The translations under genes were made by a program, and so were the position numbers. Below, one piece after another: positions 47,968 through 57,543 of a stretch of DNA of 64,000 nt. This DNA is from a virus. The notes under the pieces are model-generated. The model saw only the letters and a list, made by a program, of their open reading frames with translations. It ran no database searches and was not told the origin of the DNA. Positions within the stretch are counted from its first letter, which is position 1, and each line of letters opens with the position of its first letter. The DNA lies in IMG/VR virus record IMGVR_UViG_3300029957_000007, positions 58,759 to 122,758 of that record, one strand, 5' to 3'.

Positions 47968-49310
47968 TGGACGCCTACAAGCACCCACTAACAGAGAGAA
48001 AGATCTTAGCTCTCCTTCTTCGTAGCAAAACAGCTTCGATCAGGATTCTACCTCGTCTGAGAAAAGAATTGTTCTCAGTCAAGGAGTATCGCAATCTTTT
48101 CCCTGCGATAGAGCAACATTGGAAGACGTACCAAACGTATCCTAAGAAGTCCGCTTGCATGACCGGACTCAGAACGCTTGGTGTCAAAGAAAAGGAACTT
48201 GAAAAGTACGAGCAAGTGATCGACAAGCTTTACGATACAGACATCGACAAGGGAGACGATCGATTCTATGTCGATAAGATCACTGAAGCTTGGAAGGCTC
48301 GTAGGATTCTGCGTTTAATTGAAACATCGATGGACTTGGTTGAACAGGGAAAGATCCCGAACTCGATCGAGCACATTCAAACTGAAATCGCAAAGCTGCA
48401 ATATAGAGCTGGCGACTCAGTTATTCAAGAAGGCGATTACCTTGACAGCTTCAGTGAGCGTTTGAAGTTGATCAAAGATCGTAGAGACAATCCTGAAAAA
48501 TACCGTGGTGTTCCAACTGGCATTCGTCAATTTGATGAATACTACGGTGGGTTGATGAACAGCGAACTTGGTATCATCGTTGGTGGTACCGGTCGTGGTA
48601 AATCAATCGCTTTGATGAACTTTGCAGTGGCGGCGTGGTTGAAGAACCATGATGCTATGATCTTTACGATCGAAATGAGCAAGAAGGAGTATGAGTACCG
48701 CATTGATTCTAGACTTGCTGGTATCATGCACCGGAAGTTCAGAACAGGTGAAGTTGATGAAGAGGAGTTGGCGAAGTGGAAGATGAAGATCGCCAACTTG
48801 AAAGAAAAGCGCAATAACAAGCTCATGATCATCGACACACCTGAAGGCTGCACTACTGACTTCATCGAAATGACATTGATGAAGCATCGTGATCAGTTCA
48901 AGCAGAAGCCAGTGGTCTTGGTCGACTACTTGAACATCATGTTCTCGAAGAATGCTAGCAAGTACGAAGCAGATCATGAGCAACAGGGCAAGATCGCTCG
49001 TGAGTTGAAGACGCTTGCTAGAGCTTGGGATATCCCTCTGTGGACTGCAGCACAGCCAAACAGAGGTGGACAGCGAAAGCGCAACATTGATGTTGAGGAC
49101 ATCGGTCGATCAATCGGCATCATTGAGAATGCTAACTTCGTTTTGGGTCTTGCTCAAACGAAGGACGAAGAACTGAATGGTACCATGCGACTGACGAGTG
49201 TCAAAGGTCGTGATGGTAAGATGCCAGACGTCATTTTGCATCCTGATCTTGCTCGCATGAAGCTCAATATTGCGTGGAGCAAAGATGACGAAAAAGAAAA
49301 GAAGAAGTAG
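47967..49310 (+). CDS. dnaB: Replicative DNA helicase, DnaB family
   Basis: GVPTGIRQFD...GG....EL, GGTGRGKS, FTIEMS, VLVDYL, LKTLARAWDIPLWTAAQ, KGRDG; TAATG overlap start. Confidence 0.9.
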   Translation: MDAYKHPLTERKILALLLRSKTASIRILPRLRKELFSVKEYRNLFPAIEQHWKTYQTYPKKSACMTGLRTLGVKEKELEKYEQVIDKLYDTDIDKGDDRFYVDKITEAWKARRILRLIETSMDLVEQGKIPNSIEHIQTEIAKLQYRAGDSVIQEGDYLDSFSERLKLIKDRRDNPEKYRGVPTGIRQFDEYYGGLMNSELGIIVGGTGRGKSIALMNFAVAAWLKNHDAMIFTIEMSKKEYEYRIDSRLAGIMHRKFRTGEVDEEELAKWKMKIANLKEKRNNKLMIIDTPEGCTTDFIEMTLMKHRDQFKQKPVVLVDYLNIMFSKNASKYEADHEQQGKIARELKTLARAWDIPLWTAAQPNRGGQRKRNIDVEDIGRSIGIIENANFVLGLAQTKDEELNGTMRLTSVKGRDGKMPDVILHPDLARMKLNIAWSKDDEKEKKK

Positions 49311-49494
49311 CTACTGCAGATTGTGCAGAGACAAGATCAAAGGTCATGCCAATCGACACTACTGCGATAAAACGGAGTGTCAAACAAGATTCAAATCAAT
49401 TCGAAAGAAGCAAGTGAAGGCTGCAAAGAGAAAATTCCTGGAGAAATTGAAGAAAGAGAAACGGTCACTTCTACGAGCAACGGTGAAACAATGA
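49285..49494 (+). CDS. Small basic zinc-finger protein
   Basis: CRLC...HYCDKTEC; coupled to dnaB and primase. Confidence 0.55.
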   Translation: MTKKKRRSSYCRLCRDKIKGHANRHYCDKTECQTRFKSIRKKQVKAAKRKFLEKLKKEKRSLLRATVKQ

Positions 49495-50519
49495 GCACCA
49501 ATCAGCTGCTTTGGGAAAAGATCCTACGCAATATGAAGTGGGATCGATTCTTCAAGTTCGTCAAACTCGAGAATGGTGATGAAAGGAAGAATGGTGAGGT
49601 GTGGATGCCGTGTCCTTTCCATGGGGAAGACACTGCATCATTCTCTGTGTCTAAAGAGAAAGGCACCTACTATTGCTTTGGCTGTCAAGAGCGTGGCAAT
49701 CTCATCACGTTGATCTCCTCTCAAAGAGAGATGGACAACGATGAAGCTTTTGAGAAAGTCCTTAGTCTTGCTGGCATGTCTGACTATGAGATCAGCATGC
49801 AAGATCTGCGAGAGATGTTGAAACGCTTGCAGTTGCCAAAGTTCAAAAGGAAGGTAGAAGACATCGAACCAAACGACCTACCAGCGACATCACGTTTAGA
49901 TGAGAATGCGTTTGAGTACTTGAAAAAGCGGCACATCAGTCGAGCAACAGCGATCGAGTACAACATCAGACGTTGCAAGACTGGGTACTATAAAGACTAC
50001 ATCATCATTCCAATCTGCGATGAGAATGGAAGAGTGGTGACATTCGAAGCAAGGTACGTTGGTACAGAAAAGAAGAAGAAAGTGTTGTACCCAAAAGATT
50101 CTCCAGATAAGCTGTGCATCTTCAATCTGGAGAAGGCGAAGAAGTATGACTCAGTGGTAGACGTTGAAGGGATCATGGATTGTTTGTCAATGGTCTCGAG
50201 AGATATGGAGAACACTATCACGATGTTCGGTGTGTCTATGTCTTCTCACCAACGTGAATTGATCAAGAACAATTTTGAAGAAGTGATCTTGTTCTTGGAC
50301 CCAGATGAAGCTGGGAGGATTGGTTCTTCCAAACTGAAAGAAGATCTTGCTGCTTTGGTGAGCGTGAAGGTTGCGAAGTCCTATGTCAAAAAGGACGTCA
50401 AGTACCTAACTACCTCTGACATTAGAGATGCGCTCTCACAGGCGTCTGCGTACGAGTTAAAGAAAGCGCTTTGGCCTCTCAGACGGCGTTTGGCTACAAT
50501 GAAAGGAGTATTGGTATGA
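49491..50519 (+). CDS. dnaG: DNA primase (CHC2 zinc finger + TOPRIM)
   Basis: CPFH.EDTASF...YYCFGC, IIIPI, VDVEGIMD, FLDPDEAG. Confidence 0.9.
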   Translation: MSTNQLLWEKILRNMKWDRFFKFVKLENGDERKNGEVWMPCPFHGEDTASFSVSKEKGTYYCFGCQERGNLITLISSQREMDNDEAFEKVLSLAGMSDYEISMQDLREMLKRLQLPKFKRKVEDIEPNDLPATSRLDENAFEYLKKRHISRATAIEYNIRRCKTGYYKDYIIIPICDENGRVVTFEARYVGTEKKKKVLYPKDSPDKLCIFNLEKAKKYDSVVDVEGIMDCLSMVSRDMENTITMFGVSMSSHQRELIKNNFEEVILFLDPDEAGRIGSSKLKEDLAALVSVKVAKSYVKKDVKYLTTSDIRDALSQASAYELKKALWPLRRRLATMKGVLV

Positions 50520-50770
50520 GTGCGAAACAGGTGCTGGCTGAGGCTAGGAAAACAGCCAAGAAGGTTGGCGGTTATCCAGAAGCAATTGAAGTCGGTAAGT
50601 ACAGACTCGAAGGCTTCACACTTCAAGCAATAGCTGAACATAAAAAGCAATCCAAACCGTGGATCTACAAACTTGAGAATGCATTCAAATGTTTGCTTAG
50701 TGAAGATGCATGCAAAGAGTTTGAGCAGCTAGTAGAAGAAGCTAGAAAACAACGTGGATCAATCTCATAG
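50516..50770 (+). CDS. Hypothetical protein
   Basis: ATGA overlap; AAGGAG RBS. Confidence 0.55.
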   Translation: MSAKQVLAEARKTAKKVGGYPEAIEVGKYRLEGFTLQAIAEHKKQSKPWIYKLENAFKCLLSEDACKEFEQLVEEARKQRGSIS

Positions 50771-50778
50771 AGGATACG

Positions 50779-51021
50779 ATGGCCGAATCAGTAAACCATC
50801 CGCAGCACTATGGCGGCGACACAACATACGAAACGATCAAAGTGATCGAAGCGTGGGAGCTCGACTTCTGTCTTGGCAACACTGTCAAGTACATAAGCAG
50901 AGCTGGAAAGAAGGATCCAAAGAAAGAGCTTGAAGATCTGAAGACGGCTGAGTGGTACCTACAACGACGCATCCATCAACTTGAATATGTTGCACCAGTC
51001 GATAAGGAGAAGAGATCATGA
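50779..51021 (+). CDS. DUF3310 family protein
   Basis: VNHPQHY...ETIKVI...FCLGNTVKYISRAGKK...EDLKTAEWYL. Confidence 0.85.
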   Translation: MAESVNHPQHYGGDTTYETIKVIEAWELDFCLGNTVKYISRAGKKDPKKELEDLKTAEWYLQRRIHQLEYVAPVDKEKRS

Positions 51022-51749
51022 AGAAGATCGCGAAGAAAGAAAAGCCGAATGTACTGACACGTAAACAACGTGAAGCACTTCGTGCTCAGATCAGAGAAGA
51101 CAACGCGCTTCTGAATGATGCTCAGTTCTTGGCACTGCGACAAGGTGCGGTTCCGATGAAGAAGCAGATGCAAGACATTCGTGAGTTCTACAAGATCACA
51201 GGCGCTGAGAGCCAATTCACAGCGCTTCCGACTGGCGAAGTGTCTGATCAACTCAAAAGCGTTAGACAGAACTTGATCTTAGAAGAAGTCGCTGAACTGT
51301 TCAGAGCAATGAACTCGAAGAATAAGATCGAGATCTTCGACGCATTACTAGACATCGAGTATGTCGTGCTTGGAACAGCGCTGACTTATGGCTTTGAGCA
51401 TCGTATGGCTGCTGGGTGGGATGAAGTGCATCGCAGCAACATGGCGAAAGTCGGCGAGGATGGCAAAGTGCATCTTCGTCCTGACGGTAAGATCTTGAAG
51501 CCCGCTGGTTGGCAGCCACCTGATCTGAGAAAGATCTTGGCAGGTGACATCCTAGAAGAGCTGGAACTGGACTACAACATCACAAAGCAAAGAGCCGACT
51601 CTGCTAGAGCGAGTTACTCAATGGCCGATCACCAAACATCTTCTGAACGTGATGGCGTTGAGTGGCTGGAAAGACTCGCAACAGAAAAGAAGAAGCGACT
51701 CGACACATTCAAGATCCGTTTGACTCAGCGCAAGGAGGACAAGAAATGA
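51018..51749 (+). CDS. MazG/PRA-PH-like nucleoside triphosphate pyrophosphohydrolase
   Basis: LILEEVAEL...[13 protein letters not shown]...EVHRSNMAK...GKILKP. Confidence 0.85.
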   Translation: MKKIAKKEKPNVLTRKQREALRAQIREDNALLNDAQFLALRQGAVPMKKQMQDIREFYKITGAESQFTALPTGEVSDQLKSVRQNLILEEVAELFRAMNSKNKIEIFDALLDIEYVVLGTALTYGFEHRMAAGWDEVHRSNMAKVGEDGKVHLRPDGKILKPAGWQPPDLRKILAGDILEELELDYNITKQRADSARASYSMADHQTSSERDGVEWLERLATEKKKRLDTFKIRLTQRKEDKK

Positions 51750-52549
51750 AGAATTATCTCGAGACGCTGCAGTATATCATGGCCAATGGCGAAGATAGAA
51801 CAGATCGTACTGGTACCGGGACGCGATCTGTCTTTGGCTATCAGATGAAGTTCAATCTCAAAGAAGGGTTTCCTCTACTCACGACAAAGAAGATCCATTT
51901 GAGAAGCTTGATCATAGAACTGCTTTGGTTCTTGCGTGGTGACACAAATGTCAAGTTCCTCCAAGATCATGGTGTTACCATTTGGGATGAATGGGCTGAT
52001 GCTAAAGGAAATCTCGGTCCTGTGTACGGCAAGCAGTGGAGAGATTTTGGTGGTCTTGAAGGCTATCATAAAGGCATAGATCAGATAGCCAACGTGATAG
52101 AGATGATCAAGAATAGACCAGATGGTCGTCGCCACATCGTTAGCGCTTGGAATCCTGCTGAAGTCGATAAGATGGCGTTACCGCCGTGTCACACGCTCTT
52201 TCAATTCTATGTGCATACCGATGGGCGACTTGATTGCCATCTCTATGCTCGCAGCATCGATACGTTCCTAGGCTTGCCGTTCAATATCGCTTCTTACGCG
52301 CTGCTCACGCAGATCGTAGCGCAAGTGTGCGGTTTAACGCCTGGGACGCTCATTATCTCTTTCGGCGATATCCACATCTATAAGAACCACTTTGATCAAG
52401 TGGCTGAGCAACTCACCAGAACACCGAAGTCTCTGCCGAAGATGATCATCAATCCAGAAGTGAAAGACATCTTGGCATTCAAGTACGAGGATTTCAAATT
52501 GGAGGGGTATGATCCGGATCCCTCCATCAAAGCTCCAATCGCAGTGTGA
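51746..52549 (+). CDS. thyA: Thymidylate synthase
   Basis: [66 protein letters not shown]. Confidence 0.97.
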   Translation: MKNYLETLQYIMANGEDRTDRTGTGTRSVFGYQMKFNLKEGFPLLTTKKIHLRSLIIELLWFLRGDTNVKFLQDHGVTIWDEWADAKGNLGPVYGKQWRDFGGLEGYHKGIDQIANVIEMIKNRPDGRRHIVSAWNPAEVDKMALPPCHTLFQFYVHTDGRLDCHLYARSIDTFLGLPFNIASYALLTQIVAQVCGLTPGTLIISFGDIHIYKNHFDQVAEQLTRTPKSLPKMIINPEVKDILAFKYEDFKLEGYDPDPSIKAPIAV

Positions 52550-52550
52550 G

Positions 52551-52925
52551 ATGAGAATGCATACAATACAAGTGACATTCGACTGTGAAATAAAAGATCG
52601 ACCAGTGATCGTTTGTCTCTGTGGTAGTACAAGATTTATAGAGGCCTGGCAAAAGGCAAATCTTGAAGAGACCTTAGCTGGTAGAATTGTATTACAGATA
52701 GGGTGTAATACAAAAAGCGATGCTGATCTTCAAAGTATCGGCGTACTGACAGAAGAAACTAAAAAGGCTTTAGATGTTCTTCACAAAAGAAAAATTGATA
52801 TTGCTGATGAGATCCTCGTTTTGAATGTAAACGGATACATCGGCGATTCAACACGTTCAGAGATAGAATACGCTAAAGCTCATGGAAAGAAAGTTAGATG
52901 GCTTGAATCTGTGGAGAAACGATGA
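52551..52925 (+). CDS. Nucleoside deoxyribosyltransferase-like/DUF4406-like small Rossmann protein
   Basis: VCLCGSTRF...LHKRKIDIADEILVLNVNGYIGDSTRSEIEYA. Confidence 0.65.
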   Translation: MRMHTIQVTFDCEIKDRPVIVCLCGSTRFIEAWQKANLEETLAGRIVLQIGCNTKSDADLQSIGVLTEETKKALDVLHKRKIDIADEILVLNVNGYIGDSTRSEIEYAKAHGKKVRWLESVEKR

Positions 52926-54001
52926 AGATCATGATCGTGACAGGCAGCGGTGGATTGATCGGCGGCGAAGTAGTCGAGCACTTCATCAAGCTCGGTTGGA
53001 TGGTGCATGGCATTGACAACAATAACAGAAAGCGATTCTTCGGAGAAGCTGGTGACACAGCGTGGCGAGTGAATCAGCTTCTTGAGAAGTATCAAGGATC
53101 TTACTTCCACTATGATGCCGACATCAGCATGGCCACTGAGCTGGAAGAGGTATTCACAGTTGTCGATTCGCAAGACAAGATCTCAGCCATCGTTCACTGC
53201 GCTGCTCAACCATCTCATGATCTCGCAGCTCAGATCATGAGAAAGGACTTTGGTACCAATGTTGTTGGAACCTTCAACATGCTTTCTCTAGCCAAGAAGT
53301 ATTGTCCTGAGGCTCCTTTTGTTTTCACGAGCACAAACAAGGTCTACGGCGACAATCCGAACAAACTGAACTACTACGAGACAGAGACACGTTGGTCTCC
53401 ACTTGACAACTACGATCGAAAGATAGCTGAGTTTGGCTTCGATGAGACACTGAGCATTGACAACTGCAAGCACTCGCTCTTTGGAGCTGGGAAAGCAGCA
53501 GCTGATCTCTACGTTCAAGAGTTCGGTAGGTACTTCAACATGCCTACTGCTTGCTTGAGAGGTGGATGTCTCACAGGTCCCAATCACAGTGGTGTTGAGC
53601 TGCATGGATTCCTCAACTACTTGATCAAGTGCAATTTGGAAGGAAAGAAGTACACTGTGTTCGGCTACAAGGGTAAGCAAGTGAGAGACAACATCCATGC
53701 TTACGACGTGGCACGCTTCATTGAGGAGTTCATCGCTGCTCCGAAATGCGCTGAGATCTACAACATCGGAGGTGGGATGTCAAACTCCATCTCGATCTTG
53801 GAGAGCTTCAAGCTCATTGAGCAGATCACTAGTAAGCCAATGGAGTACGAGATCACAGATGCTGTGAGGAGTGGAGATCATCAGTGGTACGTCAGCGATC
53901 TGCACAAGATGCGAGTCCACTATCCGAAGTGGGAGATCACGAAGACGTTGAAGGACATCTTCAACGAGACAGTCGAGACGTGGCATCAACGTACTGCGTA
54001 G
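52922..54001 (+). CDS. NAD-dependent sugar-nucleotide epimerase/dehydratase (CDP-paratose 2-epimerase-like SDR)
   Basis: VTGSGGLIGG, HCAAQPSHD, STNKVYGD, LFGAGKAAAD, KQVRDNIH, YNIGGG. Confidence 0.9.
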   Translation: MKIMIVTGSGGLIGGEVVEHFIKLGWMVHGIDNNNRKRFFGEAGDTAWRVNQLLEKYQGSYFHYDADISMATELEEVFTVVDSQDKISAIVHCAAQPSHDLAAQIMRKDFGTNVVGTFNMLSLAKKYCPEAPFVFTSTNKVYGDNPNKLNYYETETRWSPLDNYDRKIAEFGFDETLSIDNCKHSLFGAGKAAADLYVQEFGRYFNMPTACLRGGCLTGPNHSGVELHGFLNYLIKCNLEGKKYTVFGYKGKQVRDNIHAYDVARFIEEFIAAPKCAEIYNIGGGMSNSISILESFKLIEQITSKPMEYEITDAVRSGDHQWYVSDLHKMRVHYPKWEITKTLKDIFNETVETWHQRTA

Positions 54002-54005
54002 TGCA

Positions 54006-54045
54006 CAGCTGTGCTTGTGGCGGTTAACCGCCACAAGCACAGCTG
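54006..54045. repeat. Perfect 40-bp palindrome
   Basis: CAGCTGTGCTTGTGGCGGTT|AACCGCCACAAGCACAGCTG is self-reverse-complementary. Confidence 0.95.
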
Positions 54046-54077
54046 CTTCGTATGGCGAAAAAAGCCCAACTTTTGGG

Positions 54078-54106
54078 TGTACAAAAAGTTTCCCTATCAG
54101 TATAAT
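54078..54106 (+). promoter_or_regulatory. Sigma70-type promoter of the early-type region
   Basis: TGTACA (4/6 to TTGACA), 17-bp spacer, perfect TATAAT; predicted start near 54113. Confidence 0.75.
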
Positions 54107-54112
54107 AGGTTC

Positions 54113-54625
54113 ACATTAAACCACGGTCTTTGACAAGCGGCTACCAACAAACGCCTCACGGCAAACGATTCGACGAGTTGGCACCTTCAGTAGTTAAGCA
54201 TACCTGCAATCTATACTGCACAGTGAACTCACTCGAAACCTGACTCCATCGATACCTGGTTGAAAACCCAGTGGTAGAGCTAAACAGCTTCCAAACGGCC
54301 CATATGCCAAGCCAAGTAGGATGAGGGAACAACTCACCTCATGATAACACCCAAACGAGTAGCCATATGGCAAAACCGAGGCATCAACCAACCCGGACCA
54401 TATGCGAGGTTAAAGGACCTTCCGGAAGGAAATCCCTGAGATAACTGAACACCAGCTGACCCGATGTGAGATCGGTACTTGCAGACTGGAAGATCGAATG
54501 GATCGAGTAAGTGAATCTCAGAGAACGAGAAAAAACAGTGAGGACCGAAGGAGCGGCTTCGACGACATCGACGCTTCTTCGGTCCCATTCAATGGAGTCG
54601 AGCATTGAGCTCGACTCCATTGATG
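54113..54625 (+). ncRNA. Putative large structured non-coding leader RNA
   Basis: No credible + strand gene; helices ATGAGG/CCTCAT, CTGAGAT/ATCTCAG, CCGAT/ATCGG and two tandem 14-bp stems (54542-54585, 54590-54622). Confidence 0.5.
54125..54136 (+). promoter_or_regulatory. boxA-like antitermination element
   Basis: GGTCTTTGACAA ~12 nt after the predicted start; resembles rrn boxA TGCTCTTTAACA. Confidence 0.45.
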
Positions 54626-54651
54626 CTTTGACTCACTCTCACGGAGCAACA

Positions 54652-54852
54652 ATGTTCAACAAATCATTGAGCACTCTCAGCCGCAAGGTCACCGTCCAAT
54701 CGATCAACAATAACATCGTTGCTGCTGAGATGCGAGATGGTACCAAGATCGAGTTCACCTTCAACGATGATCTGCAGAATCCTCCTTGCATCGGCGATCG
54801 AGTCGTCGTCGAGAAGACAGACAAGTGCAAGTGGATCCTGCCGCTCAAGTAG
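54652..54852 (+). CDS. Small OB-fold-like hypothetical protein (66 aa)
   Basis: ACTCACTC box + GGAG RBS favour ATG 54652 over GTG 54511. Confidence 0.65.
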   Translation: MFNKSLSTLSRKVTVQSINNNIVAAEMRDGTKIEFTFNDDLQNPPCIGDRVVVEKTDKCKWILPLK

Positions 54853-54884
54853 CGCACCACTCACTCATTTAATGGAGCACTGCA

Positions 54885-55334
54885 ATGAAGAAAGTGTCAA
54901 TCACTTCCAAAAACGGAAAGCTTGGTGAAACTATCATCCATACAAAGAAGGATGAATTGAACATCATCATCAACGTGAAGATGAAGGTGATCGCCAGTCA
55001 CTTGATCGGTGCCTTCGAAGGTGGATCGAACTATTGGTACGAGATCAAGAGCTACGTGATGCCGAAGAGGATCACGTTCCGCATCGACAAAGCTCATGTG
55101 TACGAATACGTCGACTTCCCAATGAGCGAAGGTGGTGCTGTGGTGTTGACCAGCACCGAAGAGAAAAAGAGCAAGGAGTACCGTCTAGATCTGCCGTCGA
55201 TCAGACGTGGTATCGCCATCATGGCGAAGAAGTACCCAAAGCACTTTGCTGATCTGATGGTGGAAGACGGCGACGCCACTACCAGCGATGTGCTGCTGCA
55301 GTGCTGCGTTTTTGGTGATGCGATCTACGGCTGA
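54885..55334 (+). CDS. Conserved phage hypothetical protein
   Basis: AFEGGSNYW...DGDATTSDVLLQCCVFGDAIYG motif typical of phage early proteins. Confidence 0.65.
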   Translation: MKKVSITSKNGKLGETIIHTKKDELNIIINVKMKVIASHLIGAFEGGSNYWYEIKSYVMPKRITFRIDKAHVYEYVDFPMSEGGAVVLTSTEEKKSKEYRLDLPSIRRGIAIMAKKYPKHFADLMVEDGDATTSDVLLQCCVFGDAIYG

Positions 55335-55338
55335 AACA

Positions 55339-55433
55339 GCAGCCGAGGGGAACCACACAGGTTGGTCGCTACGAGGCTGCCTGGCTGGACTGATTATCCA
55401 TATGGTCCAGCCAGGCAGTATCAACCTGCAGCC
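55339..55433 (+). promoter_or_regulatory. Structured intergenic element
   Basis: Perfect 14-bp stem 55377-55390/55405-55418; outer CAGGTTG/CAACCTG; GGCTGC has two alternative GCAGCC partners. Confidence 0.6.
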
Positions 55434-55470
55434 ACCTACAAACCAGACGAACTCACTCAGGAGCACAGCC

Positions 55471-55833
55471 GTGGCACTCAACAAGACGATCATCCAGATC
55501 GGCACTATCCGCAAAGCAGTTGAGGATGGCGTTGCCAACATCCAACTGACTTTCGACTGCATGCCGCCTCATGATATGAATCATGAGATGTTGACCATCA
55601 TCAAGAAGCACTTCAGCACTGACAACATGAACGATGGTCTCTACCCGACTGGTGTTGCCATCTTCTACTTTGGTGCTTGGGCTGAGGTGGAAGGCGAGTT
55701 CGAGTCGAAGTACATTCCGCCATTGATGGCTGGGATGCTGTGCAACAACATCCTCGAAGAACTGAAGAAGATCCAGATGGTTGCTGATGTGATCAACAGC
55801 TTTGAGACTGAGCGGAAGATGGTGAAGTCATGA
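55471..55833 (+). CDS. Hypothetical protein
   Basis: Box + GGAG RBS before GTG 55471; the longer track start runs through the hairpin. Confidence 0.65.
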   Translation: MALNKTIIQIGTIRKAVEDGVANIQLTFDCMPPHDMNHEMLTIIKKHFSTDNMNDGLYPTGVAIFYFGAWAEVEGEFESKYIPPLMAGMLCNNILEELKKIQMVADVINSFETERKMVKS

Positions 55834-56042
55834 AGCGAATGCTCATCATCGCTGCTATCCTCAAGGTCTTTTGGGGATCAGCACCAGATCAGAATGGCGT
55901 CTACCTTGGCAGGAAGGAACTGATCGCTGGTGGTAGCGTGAAGATCAACTACTTCGTCGTCAGACTCAAAGACGGCACTGTTGCTTTCATCGAACCGGAG
56001 ATGATCGAAAAGGTGAAAGCTGTGGAGGAACGTCATGGCTAA
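55830..56042 (+). CDS. Small SH3-like hypothetical protein with hydrophobic N-terminus
   Basis: ATGA overlap; FVVRLKDGTVAFIEP. Confidence 0.55.
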   Translation: MKRMLIIAAILKVFWGSAPDQNGVYLGRKELIAGGSVKINYFVVRLKDGTVAFIEPEMIEKVKAVEERHG

Positions 56043-56682
56043 AGCGGTGAAGATGGAGAAGGACAACATCGTTGTCTGCCTCAATGATGCTCACAACGAT
56101 TTGAACAACACCAACGTCCGCTTGACAAATGGCAAGGTATACGTTGTTAAAGGCGTGACGGAAGCCAAGGAAGCTCCTGGAGACGAGACGGTCTTGGTCG
56201 TGTGTGATGACGGTGAAGAGCGATGGGTGTATGCTTCTCGCTTCAAGTTGAAGATCAACTTTCGAAAGTTGATGGCCAACAACATCGATGGCTCTTCTGA
56301 TGATGTGAACTTCTGCATCAAGTTCGCTGAAGAGCATCAGCTCAAAGGCGACATGGAAGATGATGAGATCATGGAGGGCCTCATCGGCATATTGGCGATG
56401 AACAGCAATCGCAACAAGTCACGTGAGATCATCCGCTTCAATGAGATGATTGTTGAAGGGATCCAAGGTCTCAGATTCATGGGACACTGGCCGAATCTCG
56501 GAAGAGCAGCGAAGCATGCTCTGTCAGAGGAGGTCAAGTGTCTTGAAGCCGAGCCTGATAAGCCGTTCATCAAACTGGTCGCCGGTCACAAGGTTCGACT
56601 CGCCGTGTTGGAAGCAGGAAGCAACGAGTTCAAGAACATCTTCAATGAGGAGTTTCTCCTCAAGCATGGTTTCACAGAATAG
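56035..56682 (+). CDS. Hypothetical protein, N-terminal SH3-like domain
   Basis: GAGG RBS; LTNGKVYVV...VVCDDGEERWVYASRF. Confidence 0.6.
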   Translation: MAKAVKMEKDNIVVCLNDAHNDLNNTNVRLTNGKVYVVKGVTEAKEAPGDETVLVVCDDGEERWVYASRFKLKINFRKLMANNIDGSSDDVNFCIKFAEEHQLKGDMEDDEIMEGLIGILAMNSNRNKSREIIRFNEMIVEGIQGLRFMGHWPNLGRAAKHALSEEVKCLEAEPDKPFIKLVAGHKVRLAVLEAGSNEFKNIFNEEFLLKHGFTE

Positions 56683-56691
56683 GAGATCCAC

Positions 56692-56964
56692 ATGGCTAAG
56701 AGCTATCTGTTCCACGATCTCAAAGCTGTCAAGACCTTTGTGAAGAAGAGCAAGGGCAAGACGCTAAGGGTATGGTTCATCAAAGATGATGAGACCATTC
56801 GTAAGATGAAGTGCAACGTCGATCTCGACTACAAGCCGAAGCCTAGAGCTGATGGTCAACCGAACAAGAAGTTGCCGGAGACTTCTGTCTTCATCTTCGA
56901 TCAGGAGAAGGAACAGTACCGCAGCTTTCGTGCAGATCGCGTCATTTACATGGCTCTGCTGTAG
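56692..56964 (+). CDS. WYL_2/DUF2693-like SH3-fold protein
   Basis: FIKDDETIRKMKC...FIFDQEKEQYRSFR motif. Confidence 0.65.
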   Translation: MAKSYLFHDLKAVKTFVKKSKGKTLRVWFIKDDETIRKMKCNVDLDYKPKPRADGQPNKKLPETSVFIFDQEKEQYRSFRADRVIYMALL

Positions 56965-56993
56965 ACACAACACTCACTCATTAGGATGGCAGC

Positions 56994-57521
56994 ATGGTTC
57001 AGATGATACAAGCAAGATCACACAGTGGTCGTCCTTTTGAGACCATGAACGATCGTAAGGTTCCACTCGCTAAAGCAATACAGTCAGTGATCGAGTTCGA
57101 GCTTGGCTTTGGTGGGAAGCTCATCAAAGTCGATGAGAAGGAAATGAGCGTCGTGACGGAGACCCTGCTCTTCGCTTGCAGAGACACGACGAAGGTTGTC
57201 TGTGAGAAGATGGATGAGTTCAAGCTTCTGTTGGAAGCGTGCTATGCTCATCATCAAGTCTTCGGCATCAAAGACGACAACGATCTGAGCAAGGTCGCCG
57301 AGCAGCTGATCGACATCACCGGCGGCAATGCGCTGATGCTCACCACGATGGCCGGCCCTTTCATTGGTGGAACGCTCACCAGGAAGAAGGGACTCAACAA
57401 GCTCATCGCATCGTACTCAATGGCTGCTGCTGGAATGAGCGAGCAAGACATTTTGACGATGTTGGAGATGGCAACAGACAATGAGATCAAGGAATGGATC
57501 GAAGCAGCTTGCGCTGCATAA
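56994..57521 (+). CDS. Hypothetical protein
   Basis: Box + AGGA RBS; 175 aa. Confidence 0.65.
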   Translation: MVQMIQARSHSGRPFETMNDRKVPLAKAIQSVIEFELGFGGKLIKVDEKEMSVVTETLLFACRDTTKVVCEKMDEFKLLLEACYAHHQVFGIKDDNDLSKVAEQLIDITGGNALMLTTMAGPFIGGTLTRKKGLNKLIASYSMAAAGMSEQDILTMLEMATDNEIKEWIEAACAA

Positions 57522-57543
57522 CACTCACTCACGGAGGTAGACA

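Noticed and set aside
54266-54300. tRNA-Gly-like fragment (CAGTGGTAGAGC...CTTCCAAAC)
   Set aside because: No pairing D or anticodon stem, no T-arm and no acceptor stem.
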